This document shows positions 27,352 through 41,000 of a stretch of 64,000 nucleotides of DNA, piece after piece. The position numbers and the translations under genes are program-made. The stretch lies in contig OX597837.1 of NCBI GenBank assembly GCA_951406725.2, positions 29,822,001-29,886,000 on the forward strand. Reading direction: 5' to 3'. This DNA is from Octopus vulgaris. Lineage: Eukaryota. Positions within the stretch are counted from its first letter, which is position 1; every line of letters begins with the position of its first letter. Under the pieces are notes generated by a model that saw only the letters and a program-made list of their open reading frames with translations, searched no databases and had not been told where the DNA came from.

Positions 27352-28017
27352 ATACTATAGCCTCAGGCCAACCAAAGCCTTGTGAGTGGATTACATGGAA
27401 ACTGAAAGAAGACTGTTGTATATATGTGTATGTGTGTGTGTGTCTGCGCTTGACACCACCCTCCCCCATTGCTTGACAACCGATGTTGCTGTGTCTACGT
27501 CCCCGTATCCTAGCGGTTCGGCAAAAGACAGCGATAGAATAAGTACTAGGCTTGCAGAGAATAAATCCTGGCATAAATTTGTTCGCCCAAAGGCCGTGCT
27601 TCAGAGTATCTGCAGTTTCATGAATGAAATAAATAGAACAGTAGAAAGCCTTGCTAAGCCGGATCTGTAATAAAATGAAAGCGCAAGGATTGAAAGAAGA
27701 GTTGTGTAGAGGAATAGATAGAGAAGAACTGAGATATAGCAGGGGAGAAAGAAAAAGACAGGAAGAAAAGAAGAGAGGGATGAAAGGTAAGAGACGGAGA
27801 GAGAAGGGGAGAGAGAGAGAGAGAGAGAGGAGAAGGGAGAGAGAGAAGAAGTTATTGGAGAAGGCTACCTGTATTCAATGAGAAAAGAAGAGCAGGTGAT
27901 TAGAGGGGAAGTGAGTAATGCTAAAGTTCAGGTTAGGTAAAAAGTTGTTTTTTAGCTGCAGTTAATGTCGTGTTAGCTCAACGTCGTGTTATTTCTTTGT
28001 TTGCGAAACTTTGAAAC

Positions 28018-28545
28018 ATGCCCACTATTATACCCGCAGATCCTGATGCAATACCAGATACTGGTGCAATACCAGATACTGGTGCAATACCAGATCCTGA
28101 TGCAATACCCTATCCTAATGTAATACCCGAGTCTAATGTAATAGCTGAGCGTGATGCGTGTTTCGACGGAGACGTGGAAGGAGCTGCTAGCCAAGCCTGC
28201 AGTGAGGACAACGAACAAGACACACCAAAACACAAGGAAACTGACACCCATGTTCAAATTGATGAAGACAGTAAAGATCTACCACCAAAATTGTCATTAA
28301 CCGATGACAATAAACCTGAAGCTGAATGTTTAATTCAAGAAGGAAAAGCTAAAGTAATTTTCAAACCAGGAAGTAGAGCAGTCGACATCGAACAAAACAG
28401 TCCTAAATCAACACCTTCATTGCAACCCCAGGTACCATCAAGCAAAACTAAATCCCTGCAGTCTCTCTTAAAATATTTTCTAATCTCTATTATTCTTCTC
28501 ATTGTTGCGATAACACTGGCGATTATTGCTATTGTCCTATCTCAG
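28018..28545 (+). CDS. TNF-like ligand gene 2, exon 1 (acidic/Pro-rich cytoplasmic tail plus type II TM helix YFLISIILLIVAITLAIIAIVLSQ)
   Basis: ATG start, non-TE ORF of 176 codons ending at a CAG|gtaaac donor (phase 0). The ORF-track extension beyond 28545 is (TATC)n read-through. Confidence 0.8.
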
Positions 28546-28566
28546 GTAAACCTTAAAGTTTTATTT

Positions 28567-28663
<97 letters not shown>

Positions 28664-28788
28664 ATATCTATTTATCTATCTATTTATCTATCTTATCTAT
28701 CTATGTATCTATCTATCTTATCTAGCTATGTATCTATCTATCTATCTATCTATCTGTCTGTCTGTCTGTCTATCTGTCTGTCTGTCTA

Positions 28789-28820
<32 letters not shown>

Positions 28821-28828
28821 TCTGTCTG

Positions 28829-28900
<72 letters not shown>

Positions 28901-28910
28901 CCTTCCTATC
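28567..28910. repeat. (TATC)n/(TGTC)n microsatellite at the start of gene 2 intron 1
   Basis: Directly visible in the sequence. Confidence 0.95.
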
Positions 28911-29465
28911 TATGCGTGTATGTACTTGAGTATTTGTGTGTCTGTCAACAAACTCTGCCCCTCCCCCACTCGCTCACTTTGTTTTTTCATAATTATCAGA
29001 AAAATAGATATTGAAATTAATTTTTTTTTCTAGAAATATAGACGATCTTTCGTTAATCGCCCAAATGTCGGTATTTCAGATGGTGTAAATTTTAAACTAA
29101 GCAGAATTTAATGTCAAAAACAAATCGTTGAGCGCACACATCTACATATCACATTTCTATTTACAAACTGTAACCCATAATTTTTTTCTTTTCTTTTCTT
29201 TTTTTTTAACATCAAATTCTGATATAATCTCCACCAGTGGTTCCCAAAGTGGCCGGTATTGTCTCCCAACTTGGGAGAAAAGTGGGGCTATACTGGGGTT
29301 GTTGACATCCTTTTTGTCTCGGGAGACAATGGAGTTGCGCATAAAATAATCTACACTAAAATAGATTATTTTTGTTTGAGGTTGACTGCAAAATAACCGA
29401 CGTCCTACGGATATGAACTGGTGAAATAAATATATGCATCTACCTCTTGACTTTCTTTATATTCT

Positions 29466-30535
29466 ATACAAAGTGGTATCAAAAGGTTCTCAGACTAGTT
29501 CTGTACTGTGCCAACGGGTGGAAGTACACAGTTATATGCACAGTGTGAGCCAGCAGTGACCTTCATGAGGTACTGCGCTAAGTGAGTGCTGTGTTTACTT
29601 CTAAAGTTGTGAAATTTGCGGTTTTGTGATTACATGTATGGTGTAGTTTGCGATTTTGCCATGGACAGGAACAAAGAGCCAACATGAAATTTTGTGCTAA
29701 ACTTGGGGAGTCTGTTAGAGAAATATTTATTTCCTTACTACCCACAAGGGGCTAAACACAGAGGAGACAAACAAGGACAGACAAAGGGATTAAGTCGATT
29801 ACATCGACCCCAGTACGTAGCTGGTACTTAATTTATCGACCCCGGAAGGATGAAAGGCAAAGTCGACCTCGGCGGAATTTGAACTCGGAACGTAACGGCA
29901 GACGAAATACGGCAACGCATTTCGCCCGGCGTGCTAACGTTTCTGCCAGCTCGCCTGTTAGAAAAATATTGAGCATGCTTTGGCAAGCTTACAGCAATGA
30001 GGCAGTGAGTCGTATGCAATGTTTTAAGTGGCACAAGTGTTTCAAAAGTGGAAGAGTGTCCTTGGAAGACGATGAGTAATTTGGAAGACTTGCCATAAGC
30101 ATCACCTTCGAAAATATATTGTGCATCGAGAATTTGCCCCCTAGGGCCAGCCCTTAATCAAGAGTTCTACTGTAACATTTTGAAGCATTTGAGAGAGGAC
30201 ATTTGTTGAAAGCAACCGAGTCTGTGAAGCACGAAGAATTGGATTCTTCACCAAGTTCTCCTCATTCATGTGTTTCTTTCTCAAAACAACATAGCATCAC
30301 ATCTACACCTGCCCTATTTGCCAGATTTAGCACCTGCGGACGTCCATCTTCCCCAAGATGAAAATGACGCTCAGGGGTCATTGTTTTAACACCTTTGTTG
30401 AGATCCAGAGGGAATTCAGTAGGTCCTTGACTTGCTTGAATCCAGGTCGGATTCCAAAAGTGGCAAGGACGACGGGAACGGTGTATTGCTTCGCAAAGTG
30501 ACTATTTCAAAAGAAATGTTAAAACCTGGATAAAT
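29466..30535 (+). mobile_element. Degraded mariner transposon interrupted by a family B SINE
   Basis: QRANMKFCAKLG..WHKCFKSGRVSLEDD and PY.PDLAPAD..FPKMK motifs. The SINE at 29728-29954 is flanked by a 16-bp TSD, ctgttagaRaaatatt. Confidence 0.8.
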
Positions 30536-30955
30536 ACTCTCTTACTCTTTTACTTGTTTCAGTCATGTGACTGTGGCCATGCTGGAGCACCTCCTTTAGT
30601 TGAGAAAATCGACCCCAGGACTTATTCTTTGTAAGCCTAGTACTTATTCTATCGGTCTATTTTGCCGAACCGCTAAGTTACGGGGACGTAAACACACCAG
30701 CATCGGTTGTCAAGCGATGTTGGGTGGGTGGGGGGGACAAACACAGACACACAAACACACATATAGATGTATATATATGTATGTATATATATATATACAC
30801 ATTGAGTCGAACCAAGGGCTGCTGATGAAGGGGAATATTCCTTGTATTGTTTGTCTTGTACCCTGTTTTTTCGTTGTTAAAAAAAGTCCGTTTCCTTGTT
30901 TGATTTTATGTTTTCGTTTCTCGTTGTGTTCTACGTTTATTTGTGGTGTCCTGTA

Positions 30956-31009
<54 letters not shown>

Positions 31010-31247
31010 GATGTATGTACGTACATATATGTATGCATATGTTTTATTTGTTAAATTGTTATTATATATATATATATGTATATATACGTACATATAAACG
31101 ATGGGCTTCTTTCAGTTTCCGTCTACTAAATCCACTCAAGGCTTTGGTTGGACTGAGGCTATAGTAGAAGATACTTGCCCAAGGTGCCTTGCAGTGGGAA
31201 TGAACCTGGAACTATGTGGTTCGTAAGCTAGCTACTTACCACACAGC

Positions 31248-31301
<54 letters not shown>

Positions 31302-31557
31302 GACGTATATTTGCCATTAAATTAGAGATAAAACCACTATTAGATTATTTGTGGGTTTCTTACCTTAAAAATTAATACTTAAAAATTAAAATTCGTAGTT
31401 ATATAGTATCAATTTGCTATAGCAAATTAACTATCTTTTTATCTCATTGGCTAAATAATAACTTTCAAAAATCTTATAGTTAAAGTAAAATGATAAAATA
31501 CTTAATGAAATAATCAATTTGTAGTTATATAGTATCAATTAAATACTATAAATATAG

Positions 31558-31589
<32 letters not shown>

Positions 31590-31999
31590 TTTAAATGTGA
31601 TTAAAACTAGAGCTGCAACTTGAATGATATAATTATCATGTGTCAAGCGCATCCAGTTATATGTGTATATACATACATACATACTTACTTACATTACATA
31701 CATGTGTGTGTGTGTGTGGTTGTGTGCGTGTATAACAGAGTGCTAATGTACTGAGGGAAAAGCTTGGCATAAAGAAGAATTCGATGCAATGTACTACTAG
31801 GAAAACTGGACTGGTTTGGTCATGCGATGCATGTGAACGAGGTCAGTTGCATAAAAAAATGCTGATCAGTTAAAGTGGTTGAAATTTGCAGACGAGCGAG
31901 ACCCGGAACAAAGTGTGGAAAGCTGAACACGACATGCGAAAACTAAAACAACATACAAAAAATTTTTTTTTTTTGTTATCCAGAGTTATTGATCGGTAG

Positions 32000-33220
32000 G
32001 CTTTATACTTCACTTGGAATATAATGTCTTTGTCATTCGTCAGTCATTCTCTGAACTATCTAAAAACTATAGAGTGTAAAGAAATGCTTCAGTAGTTTGG
32101 TCATTCATTTTTATGACCATTCTTGAATAAGGGGCCATTGTGATAGAATTCAGCAAGTCCTGTAGGGTGTCACAAAAGTTTAATTTGTCAAAGAACTATC
32201 TAAAAACTATAGAGTGTAAAGAAATGCTTCAGTAGTTTGGTCATTCATTTTTATGACCATTCTTGAATAAGGGGCCATTGTGATAGAATTCAGCAAGTCC
32301 TGTAGGGTGTCACAAAAGTTTAATTTGTCAAAGAACTATCTAAAAACTATAGAGTGTAAAGAAATGCTTCAGTAGTTTGGTCATTCATTTTTATGACCAT
32401 TCTTGAATAAGGGGCCATCGTGATAGAATTCAGCAAGTCCTGTAGGGTGTCACAAAAAGTTTAATTTGTCAAACAGGTCGCGGTCTTAAAGCTTTATACT
32501 TCACTTGGAATATAATGTCTTTGTCATTCCACAGTCATTCTCTGAACTATCTAAAAACTATAGAGTGTAAAGAAATGCTTCAGTAGTTTGGTCATTCATT
32601 TTTATAACCATTCTTGAATAAGGGGCCATTGTGATAGAATTCAGCAAGTCCTGTAGGGTGTCACAAAAGTTGTCAAAGAACTATCTAAAAACTATAGAGT
32701 GTAAAGAAATGCTTCAGTAGTTTGGTCATTCATTTTTATGACCATTCTTGAATAAGGGGCCATTGTGATAGAATTCAGCAAGTCCTGTAGGGTGTCACAA
32801 AAAGTTTAATTTGTCAAACAGGTCGCGGTCTTAAAGCTTTATACTTCACTTGGAATATAATGTCTTTGTCATTCCACAGTCATTCTCTGAACTATCTAAA
32901 AACTAAGCCTGCCATCTCTACTGATTGTACACATTTGGAAAAATAAGCAATATGGTTTGTTCCATTCATCGTATTTCTTCTGAATCTGATAAAGAAAGAA
33001 CACCTTGTCTCTACTGCTTATCCCCATCTGAACATAATTGGGATTCAGGTAAATATACGGTGATTGATTGTCTGAATCTGTTGAGTAACATTTTTGTAAA
33101 GATCTTCCTGACTATAGGATGTAAAGAAATGCTTCAGTTTTTTCGTCATTCATTTTTATGACCATTCTTGAATAAGGGGCCATTGTGATAGAATTCAGCA
33201 AGTCCTGTGGGGTGTCACAA
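32000..33220. repeat. Complex tandem array of about 140-bp units (about 6 copies), possibly from an old LINE relic
   Basis: gaactatctaaaaactatagagtg recurs at 32053, 32193, 32333, about 32544 and about 32678. The minus strand near 33050 reads LLNRFRQSITVYLPESQ, which is RT-like. Confidence 0.8.
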
Positions 33221-34956
33221 GCTTACCCCATCATCTGTTTCCAATGCTGCATCTGTCTCTGCTTCTTCTGTTTTCTGTTTTTAATGATAATAATCAGAGG
33301 ATATGATTATTATCTGTTTCTTTATTACCCACAAGGGGCTAAACATAGAGGGGACAAACAAGGACAGACAACCGGATTAAGTCAATTATATCAACCCCAG
33401 TGCGTAACTGGTACTTAATTTATCGAACCCGAAAGGATGAAAGGCAAAGTTGACCTCGGCAGAATTTGAACTCAGAACGTTACAGCAGACGAAATACCTA
33501 TTTCTTTACTACCCACAAGGGGCCAAACACAGAGAGACAAACAAGGACAGACAACCGGATTAAGTCAATTATATCGACCCCAGTGCCTAACTGGTACTTA
33601 ACTTATCGACCCCGAAAGGATAAAAAGCAAAGTCGACCTCAGCGGAATTTGAACTCATTGCTACGTTCTGAGTTCAAATTCTGCTGAGGTTGACTTTGCC
33701 TTTCATCCTTTTGGGGTCGATAAATTAAATACCAGTTACGCACTGAGGTCGATAGAATCGACTTAATCCGTGTGTCTGTCCTTGTTTGTCCCTTCTATGT
33801 TTAGCCCCTTGTGGGTAATAAAGAAACAGATAATAATCAGATCCTGTAGAAGTCATTATGAATAAAATCTATGTCTCCAATGATCAACCCACAAGGGACT
33901 AAACACAGAGGGGACAAACAAGGACAGACAACCGTATTAAGTCGATTATATCGACCCCCGAAAGGATGAAAAGCAAAGTCGACCTCGGCGGAATTTGAAC
34001 TCATTGCTACGTTCTGAGTTCAAATTCTGCCGAGGTTGACTTTGCCTTTCATCCTTTCGGGGTCGATTAAATAAGTACCAGTTACACACTGAGGTCGATA
34101 GAATCGACTTAATCCGTGTGTCTGTCCTTGTTTGTCCCCTCTGTGTTTAGCCCCTTGTGGGTAATAAAGAAACAGATAATAATCAGATCCTGTTGAAGTC
34201 ATTATGAATAAAATCTGTGTCTCCAATGATCAACCCACAAGGGGCTAAACACAGAGGGGACAAACAAGGACAGACAACCGTATTAAGTCGATTATATCGA
34301 CCCCGAAAGGATGAAAAGCAAAGTCGACCTCGACGGAATTTGAACTCATTGCTATGTTCTGAGGTCGACTTTGCCTTTCATCCTTTCGGGGTCGATAAAT
34401 TAAATACCAGTTACGCACTGGGGTCGATACAATCGGCTTAATCCGTTTGTCTGTCCTTGTTTGTCCCCTCTGTGTTTAGCCCCTTGTGCGTAGTAAAGAA
34501 ACAGATAATAATCAGATCTTGTAGAAGTCATTATGAATAAAATCTATGTCTCCACTGATCAACCATCTCAAGAGTAAGCTGACAGTTGTGAGTATAACAA
34601 GATTAATAGTACAGCTACATGGCTATAATGTATGTAACAGTAATAATACATGTAACATGTTTGTAACATGAACGTAATGGCAGACTATGTAACAAGAAAC
34701 AAATACTAACAGGAATGTTACAATGGTGTATCAAGTGTAAGACAAAAGTAATTGGAGTATAACAAGTGAGTTACTGGAGAATAACAATGCTGTAACAAGT
34801 GTATCAGGTCTGTATCAGGTCTGTACCAAGACTGTGACAAGACTGTAACAAGACTGACAAATTGTAAAGGAGGGAGTAATATGATGAAAGTAATATAAAC
34901 AACACCAATTACCGTCTTAATTGTCCTTTTCTCATTTCCTTATCTTTCTACTTTAG

Positions 34957-34987
34957 CGGCAGTATCCTCTACCAGCTCCTCCACTAT
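34957..34987 (+). CDS. TNF-like ligand gene 2, exon 2 (31-nt stalk exon RQYPLPAPPL)
   Basis: Long polypyrimidine tract, ctttag acceptor and gtaagt donor. Phase 0 to 1 links exon 1 to exon 3 in frame. Flanks are homologous to 55977-56016 and 22019-22049. Confidence 0.72.
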
Positions 34988-35078
34988 GTAAGTATATATG
35001 TTGTCACCATTACACCATCCATGTGTCTATAAAATCCTCTGACACCATAACATATTGTAACGTTAAATCGCTAAACAT

Positions 35079-35987
35079 ACTTACTTACTTGCTTGTACTT
35101 GTGGCGACATTCACCCTGGGCGGGTTGAATCGGCTTCTTCTACCACCCTCGAGGCATCTTGAACCATGGCAGCTCAAGCACGACGGTCCTGTGCCAGTTC
35201 ACTGGAGATAGCGAGCCAGTGATGGTTCCATCGGCACAGGCCGATGTTGCCATTGTATTCGCCAGCGAGGATTCATGGAAGAAGTTTCGTGGGGAAAATG
35301 TGGATTTCATAAGCGGTCCCCAACAATCCCGCATGTAGAGACATCCTGTTTGCCGCACATTGTCCGCAGACGCAGGGACAGAACGACCGAGGAGCCGCCG
35401 GTTGCCGAAACAGACACTCCGACGATTTTCACCGCTGGGTTGTGGCCCTAATACCACTTGGTGTCAGACCAATCTGCCTCGGGTGGCCCTACCAGGAACT
35501 GAAGTTCCCGACAGCATAGCTATGACACTATCCCGCATGTAGAGACATCCTGTTTGCCGCAGATTGTCCGCAGGCGCAGGGACAGAACGACCGAGAAGCC
35601 GCCGGTTGCCGAAACAGACACTCCGACGATTTTCACTGCTAGGTTGTGGCCCTAATACCACTCGGTGTCAGACCAATCTGCCTCGGGTGGCCCTACCAGG
35701 AACTGAAGTTCCCGACAGCATAGCTATGACACTATCCCGCATGTAGAGACATCCTGTTTGCCACAGATTGTCCGCAGGCGCAGGGACAGAACGACCGAGA
35801 AGCCGCCGGTTGCCGAAACAGACACTCCGACGATTTTCACCGCTGGGTTGTGGCCCTAATACCACTAGGTGTCAGACCAATCCGCCTCGGGTGGCCCTAC
35901 CAGGAACTGAAGTTCCCGACGGCATAGCTATGACACTACCCGTTGCCAGCGTCCCTGCCACGGTGAGGAGGGGATGGACTTTGGGGA
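35079..35987 (-). mobile_element. Internally deleted RTE-derived element with three 204-bp tandem units
   Basis: 8-bp TSD ctaaacat (35071-35078 and 35988-35995). RTE-like 5' UTR motif gctatgccg..agggccaccc, 3' ELAQDRR..DSTRPG remnant and (AAGT)n tail. Confidence 0.7.
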
Positions 35988-36901
35988 CTAAACATGTCCT
36001 CAATACATTACAGTCTTAAGATAGGCAACTTGAAAAATATCAGACATACTAAAGAAAGAAATAGTAAAAATACCCACATCATTAAATATTTGAATGAAAT
36101 GTCTACAAGGATTAACTGGACCATGGCTTTAGATGACACTTTGATAGGATGAAGCCTCCTGTACATGTTTACTAGAATTGTACTAAACTTGGCACATTTA
36201 TGCACATCATTCGAGCGTGATCGTTACTGAGTCACCTTACTAGCACCTGTGCTGGTGGCATGTGAAACATTCGAGTGAGGTCGTCACCAGTGCCACTGGA
36301 CTGGCTCCTGTGCAGGTGGCACGTAAAAAGCACCATTTGGTCATGGCCGTTGCCAGTATCACCAAACAGGCCCTTGTGCCGGTGGCACGTAAAAGCACCC
36401 ACTACACTCTCGGAGTGGTTGGCGTTGGGAAAGGCATCCAGCTGTAGAAACTCTGCCAGATCAGATCGTCGGAGTCTGGTTCGCCAGACCTCAGTCAAAT
36501 CGTCCAACCCATGATAGCATGGAAAGTGGACATTAAATGATGATGATGAGTCCCAGCAAAGCATCGCTTCTATACAACTGACCATATTAAAGCTCATGAA
36601 ACTACAAGTGATGGGTGTAATATATAGATGTTTATATAGTCTTGGCTCACTTTCATTAATGGTTAATAATTGTTGTCTATGTAGATCATTTTCATTATGA
36701 TAATAATAATTGTGAAACAGTTGATATGTTGTATAGTTATTTATTAGATGATAATCTGAAGTATATATTAGATGATAATCTGAAGTATATATAGGAAATA
36801 CATCAAGAAATGTCCTTTCTGGTTTTAGACTTCTGTTGATATTGAACCTATATTAAAATATATCCTTCTCACTGTCTGCTTTCTCTCTTCTTATCTTTCA
36901 G

Positions 36902-36949
36902 TTCACCATTCCTTCTTTCTCCTAAAAACAAGGGGTTACACTGAGTTAG
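36902..36949 (+). CDS. TNF-like ligand gene 2, exon 3 (48 nt, FHHSFFLLKTRGYTEL)
   Basis: ttatctttcag acceptor and gtaagc donor. Exon and flanks are homologous to 352-399. Confidence 0.8.
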
Positions 36950-38097
36950 GTAAGCTGATTTATACAGATTTATTGCACGCTTTTTCTCATAAGTTGAATT
37001 ATCCCCTTAACCCTTTTGTTACCAACCCGGCTGAAACTGGCTCTGGCTACAAATGTCTTGTTATATTTAATCCTTTCGATACCAAACTGACTGAAACTGT
37101 CTCTAGCTCTGTAGTACAAATGTCTTGTTTTCATAAGTTTTGAATTAAAATATTCCACCAAGCCTTAGTCACAATTTATGTTTCTAACACTAGCTGAATG
37201 ATAACCTACGATCCCTTGACTGCGAGACCACTGCTCTAACCACTAGGCCATGTGCCTCCACTGTTGTTACATGTGGGATGGATCTGTCTATCAATCAAAT
37301 CCATAGTGATGATTGGCCCACCACCTTGCTTTACTGCAGGGGAGGCAGTTTTCCTTTGTTTGTGGGTGATTGCAAAAGCAGTTGTATGATGGACAGGGCT
37401 GAAAGGTATGAGGACAGAGACCTTGGTAGAGCCCCTATTGACTTTTTCAAGTTTTACCTTGAAAAGGAAAGTGAGGATAGAGAGGGAGGTGCTGTCCTTG
37501 AGTGAATCTATTGAAAGGTGGATGAAAATTGTGAAAATAGCAAGAGTGGATGGTACCACTACGTATAGACCTGTGAGCTAGAAAGTAGGAATTGGAGAGT
37601 GTTCTTGCCTTGGGGTTTCTCAATTATCCCTAGAGGTCCTCCTGTATCAGGAAGACCCCATCATCATCCATTTCTTACCCTTCTACTTTCTATTTACTGT
37701 TGCATACTAAGTGTACTTACTCTTTACTCTTTTACTCTTTTACTTGTTTCAGTCATTTGACTGCGGCCATGCTGGAGCACCGCCTTTAGTCGGGCAAATC
37801 GACCCTGGGACTTATTCTTTGTAAGCCCAGTACTTATTCTATCGGTCTCTTTTGCCGAACCGCTAAGTGATGGGGACGTAAACGCACCAGCATCGGTTGT
37901 CAAGCAATGCTGGGGGGACAAACACACACACACATACACATACATACATATATACTTACCTTTGTTTTATTATATACCATGTATACTTTCTTTTTTTTTT
38001 GTTTATTATTTTGTTATATCTAAACCCCCGCACATTATGTCTGTCTTTGAATTGTCCCCCTCATCCTTTGCCCTGTTGGCAAATAAAAGCAATTATT

Positions 38098-41000
38098 CAG
38101 TGGATTATTATTATTACTATTATTATTTCCTTTTCAGATGGATTATTTACAGTAGATTATTATTATTATTATTATTATTTCTTTTTCAGATGGATTATTT
38201 ACGGTGGATTATTATTATTACTATTATTATTTCTTTTTCAGATGGATTATTAACAGTGGATTATTATTATTACTATTATTATTTCTTTTTCAGATGGATT
38301 ATTAACAGTGGATTATTATTATTACTATTATTATTTCTTTTTCAGATGGATTATTTACAGTGGATTATTATTATTACTATTATTATTTCTTTTTCAGATG
38401 GATTATTTACAGTGGATTATTATTATTACTATTATTATTTCTTTTTCAGATGGATTATTAACAGTGGATTATTATTATTACTATTATTATTTCTTTTTCA
38501 GATGGATTATTTACAGTGGATTATTATTATTACTATTATTATTTCTTTTTCAGATGGATTATTAACAGTGGATTATTATTATTACTATTATTATTTATTT
38601 TTCAGATGGATTATTTACAGTGGATTATTATTATTACTATTATTATTTCTTTTTCAGATGGATTATTAACAGTGGATTATTATTATTACTATTATTATTT
38701 CTTTTTCAGATGGATTATTAACAGTGGATTATTATTTCTTTTTCAGATGGATTATTTACAGTGGATTATTATTATTACTATTATTATTTATTTTTCAGAT
38801 GGATTATTTACAGTGGATTGTTATTATTACTATTATTATTTCTTTTTCAGATGGATTATTTACAGTGGATTATTATTATTACTATTATTATTTCTTTTTC
38901 AGATGGATTATTTACAGTAGATTATTATTATTACTATTATTTCTTTTTCAGATGGATTATTTACTGTGGATTATTATTATTACTATTATTATTTCTTTTT
39001 CAGATGGATTATTTACAATGGATTATTATTATTACTATTATTATTTCTTTTTCAGATGGATTATTTACAGTAGATTATTATTATTACTATTATTTCTTTT
39101 TCAGATGGATTATTTACTGCGGATTATTATTATTACTATTATTATTTCTTTTTCAGATGGATTATTTACAGTGGATTATTATTATTACTATTATTATTTC
39201 TTTTTCAGATGGATTATTTACAGTGGATTATTATTATTACTATTATTATTTCTTTTTCAGATGGATTATTTACAGTGGATTATTATTATTACTATTATTA
39301 TTTCTTTTTCAGATGGATTATTTACAGTGGATTATTATCATTACTATTGATGATGATGATGATGATTATTTCTTTTTCAGATGGATTATTTACAGTGGAT
39401 TATTATTATTACTATTATTATTTCTTTTTCAGATGGATTATTTACAGTGGATTATTATCATTACTATTGATGATGATGATGATGATTATTTCTTTTTCAG
39501 ATGGATTATTTACAGTGGACTATTATTATTACTATTATTATTTCTTTTTCAGATGGATTATTTACAGTGGATTATTATTACTATTATTATTTCTTTTTCA
39601 GATGGATTATTTACAGTGGATTATTATTATTACTATTATTATTTCTTTTTCAGATGGATTATTTACGTGGATTATTATTATTACTATTATTATTTATTTT
39701 TCAGATGGATTATTTACAGTGGATTATTATTATTACTATTATTATTTCTTTTTCATATGAATTATTAACAGTGGATTATTATTATTACTATTATTATTTC
39801 TTTTTCAGATGAATTATTTACAGTGGATTATTATTATTACTATTATTATTTCTTTTTCAGATGGATTATTTACGGTGGATTATTATTATTACTATTATTA
39901 TTTATTTTTCAGATGGATTATTTACAGTGGATTATTATTATTACTATTATTATTTCTTTTTCATATGAATTATTAACAGTGGATTATTATTATTACTATT
40001 ATTATTTCTTTTTCAGATGAATTATTTACAGTGGATTATTATTATTACTATTATTATTTCTTTTTCAGATGGATTATTTACAGTGGATTATTATTATTAC
40101 TATTATTATTTATTTTTCAGATGGATTATTTACAGTGGATTGTTATTATTACTATTATTATTTCTTTTTCAGATGGATTATTTACTGTGGATTATTATTA
40201 TTACTATTATTATTTCTTTTTCAGATGAATTATTTACAGTGGATTATTATTATTACTATTATTATTTCTTTTTCAGATGGATTATTTACAGTGGATTATT
40301 ATTATTACTATTATTATTTCTTTTTCAGATGAATTATTTACAGTGGATTATTATTATTACTATTATTATTTCTTTTTCAGATGGATTATTTACAGTGGAT
40401 TATTATTATTACTATTATTATTTCTTTTTCAGATGGATTATTTACAGTGGATTATTATCATTACTATTGATGATGATGATGATGATTATTTCTTTTTCAG
40501 ATGGATTATTTACAGTGGACTATTATTATTACTATTATTATTTCTTTTTCAGATGGATTATTTACAGTGGATTATTATTATTACTATTATTATTTCTTTT
40601 TCAGATGAATTATTTACAGTGGATTATTATTATTACTATTATTATTTCTTTTTCAGATGGATTATTTACAGTGGATTATTATTATTACTATTATTATTTC
40701 TTTTTCAAATGGATTATTTACAGTGGATTATTATTATTACTATTATTATTTCTTTTTCAGATGGATTATTTACAGTGGATTATTATTATTACTATTATTA
40801 TTTCTTTTTCAGATGGATTATTTACAGTGGATTATTATTATTACTATTATTATTTCTTTTTCAGATGGATTATTTACAGTAGATTATTATTATTACTATT
40901 ATTATTTCTTTTTCAGATGGATTATTTACAGTGGATTATTATTATTACTATTATTATTTCTTTTTCAGATGAATTATTTACAGTGGATTATTATTATTAC

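Noticed and set aside
28546-29033. SIYL/SVCL-repeat ORF extensions
   Set aside because: (TATC)n microsatellite after the exon 1 donor.
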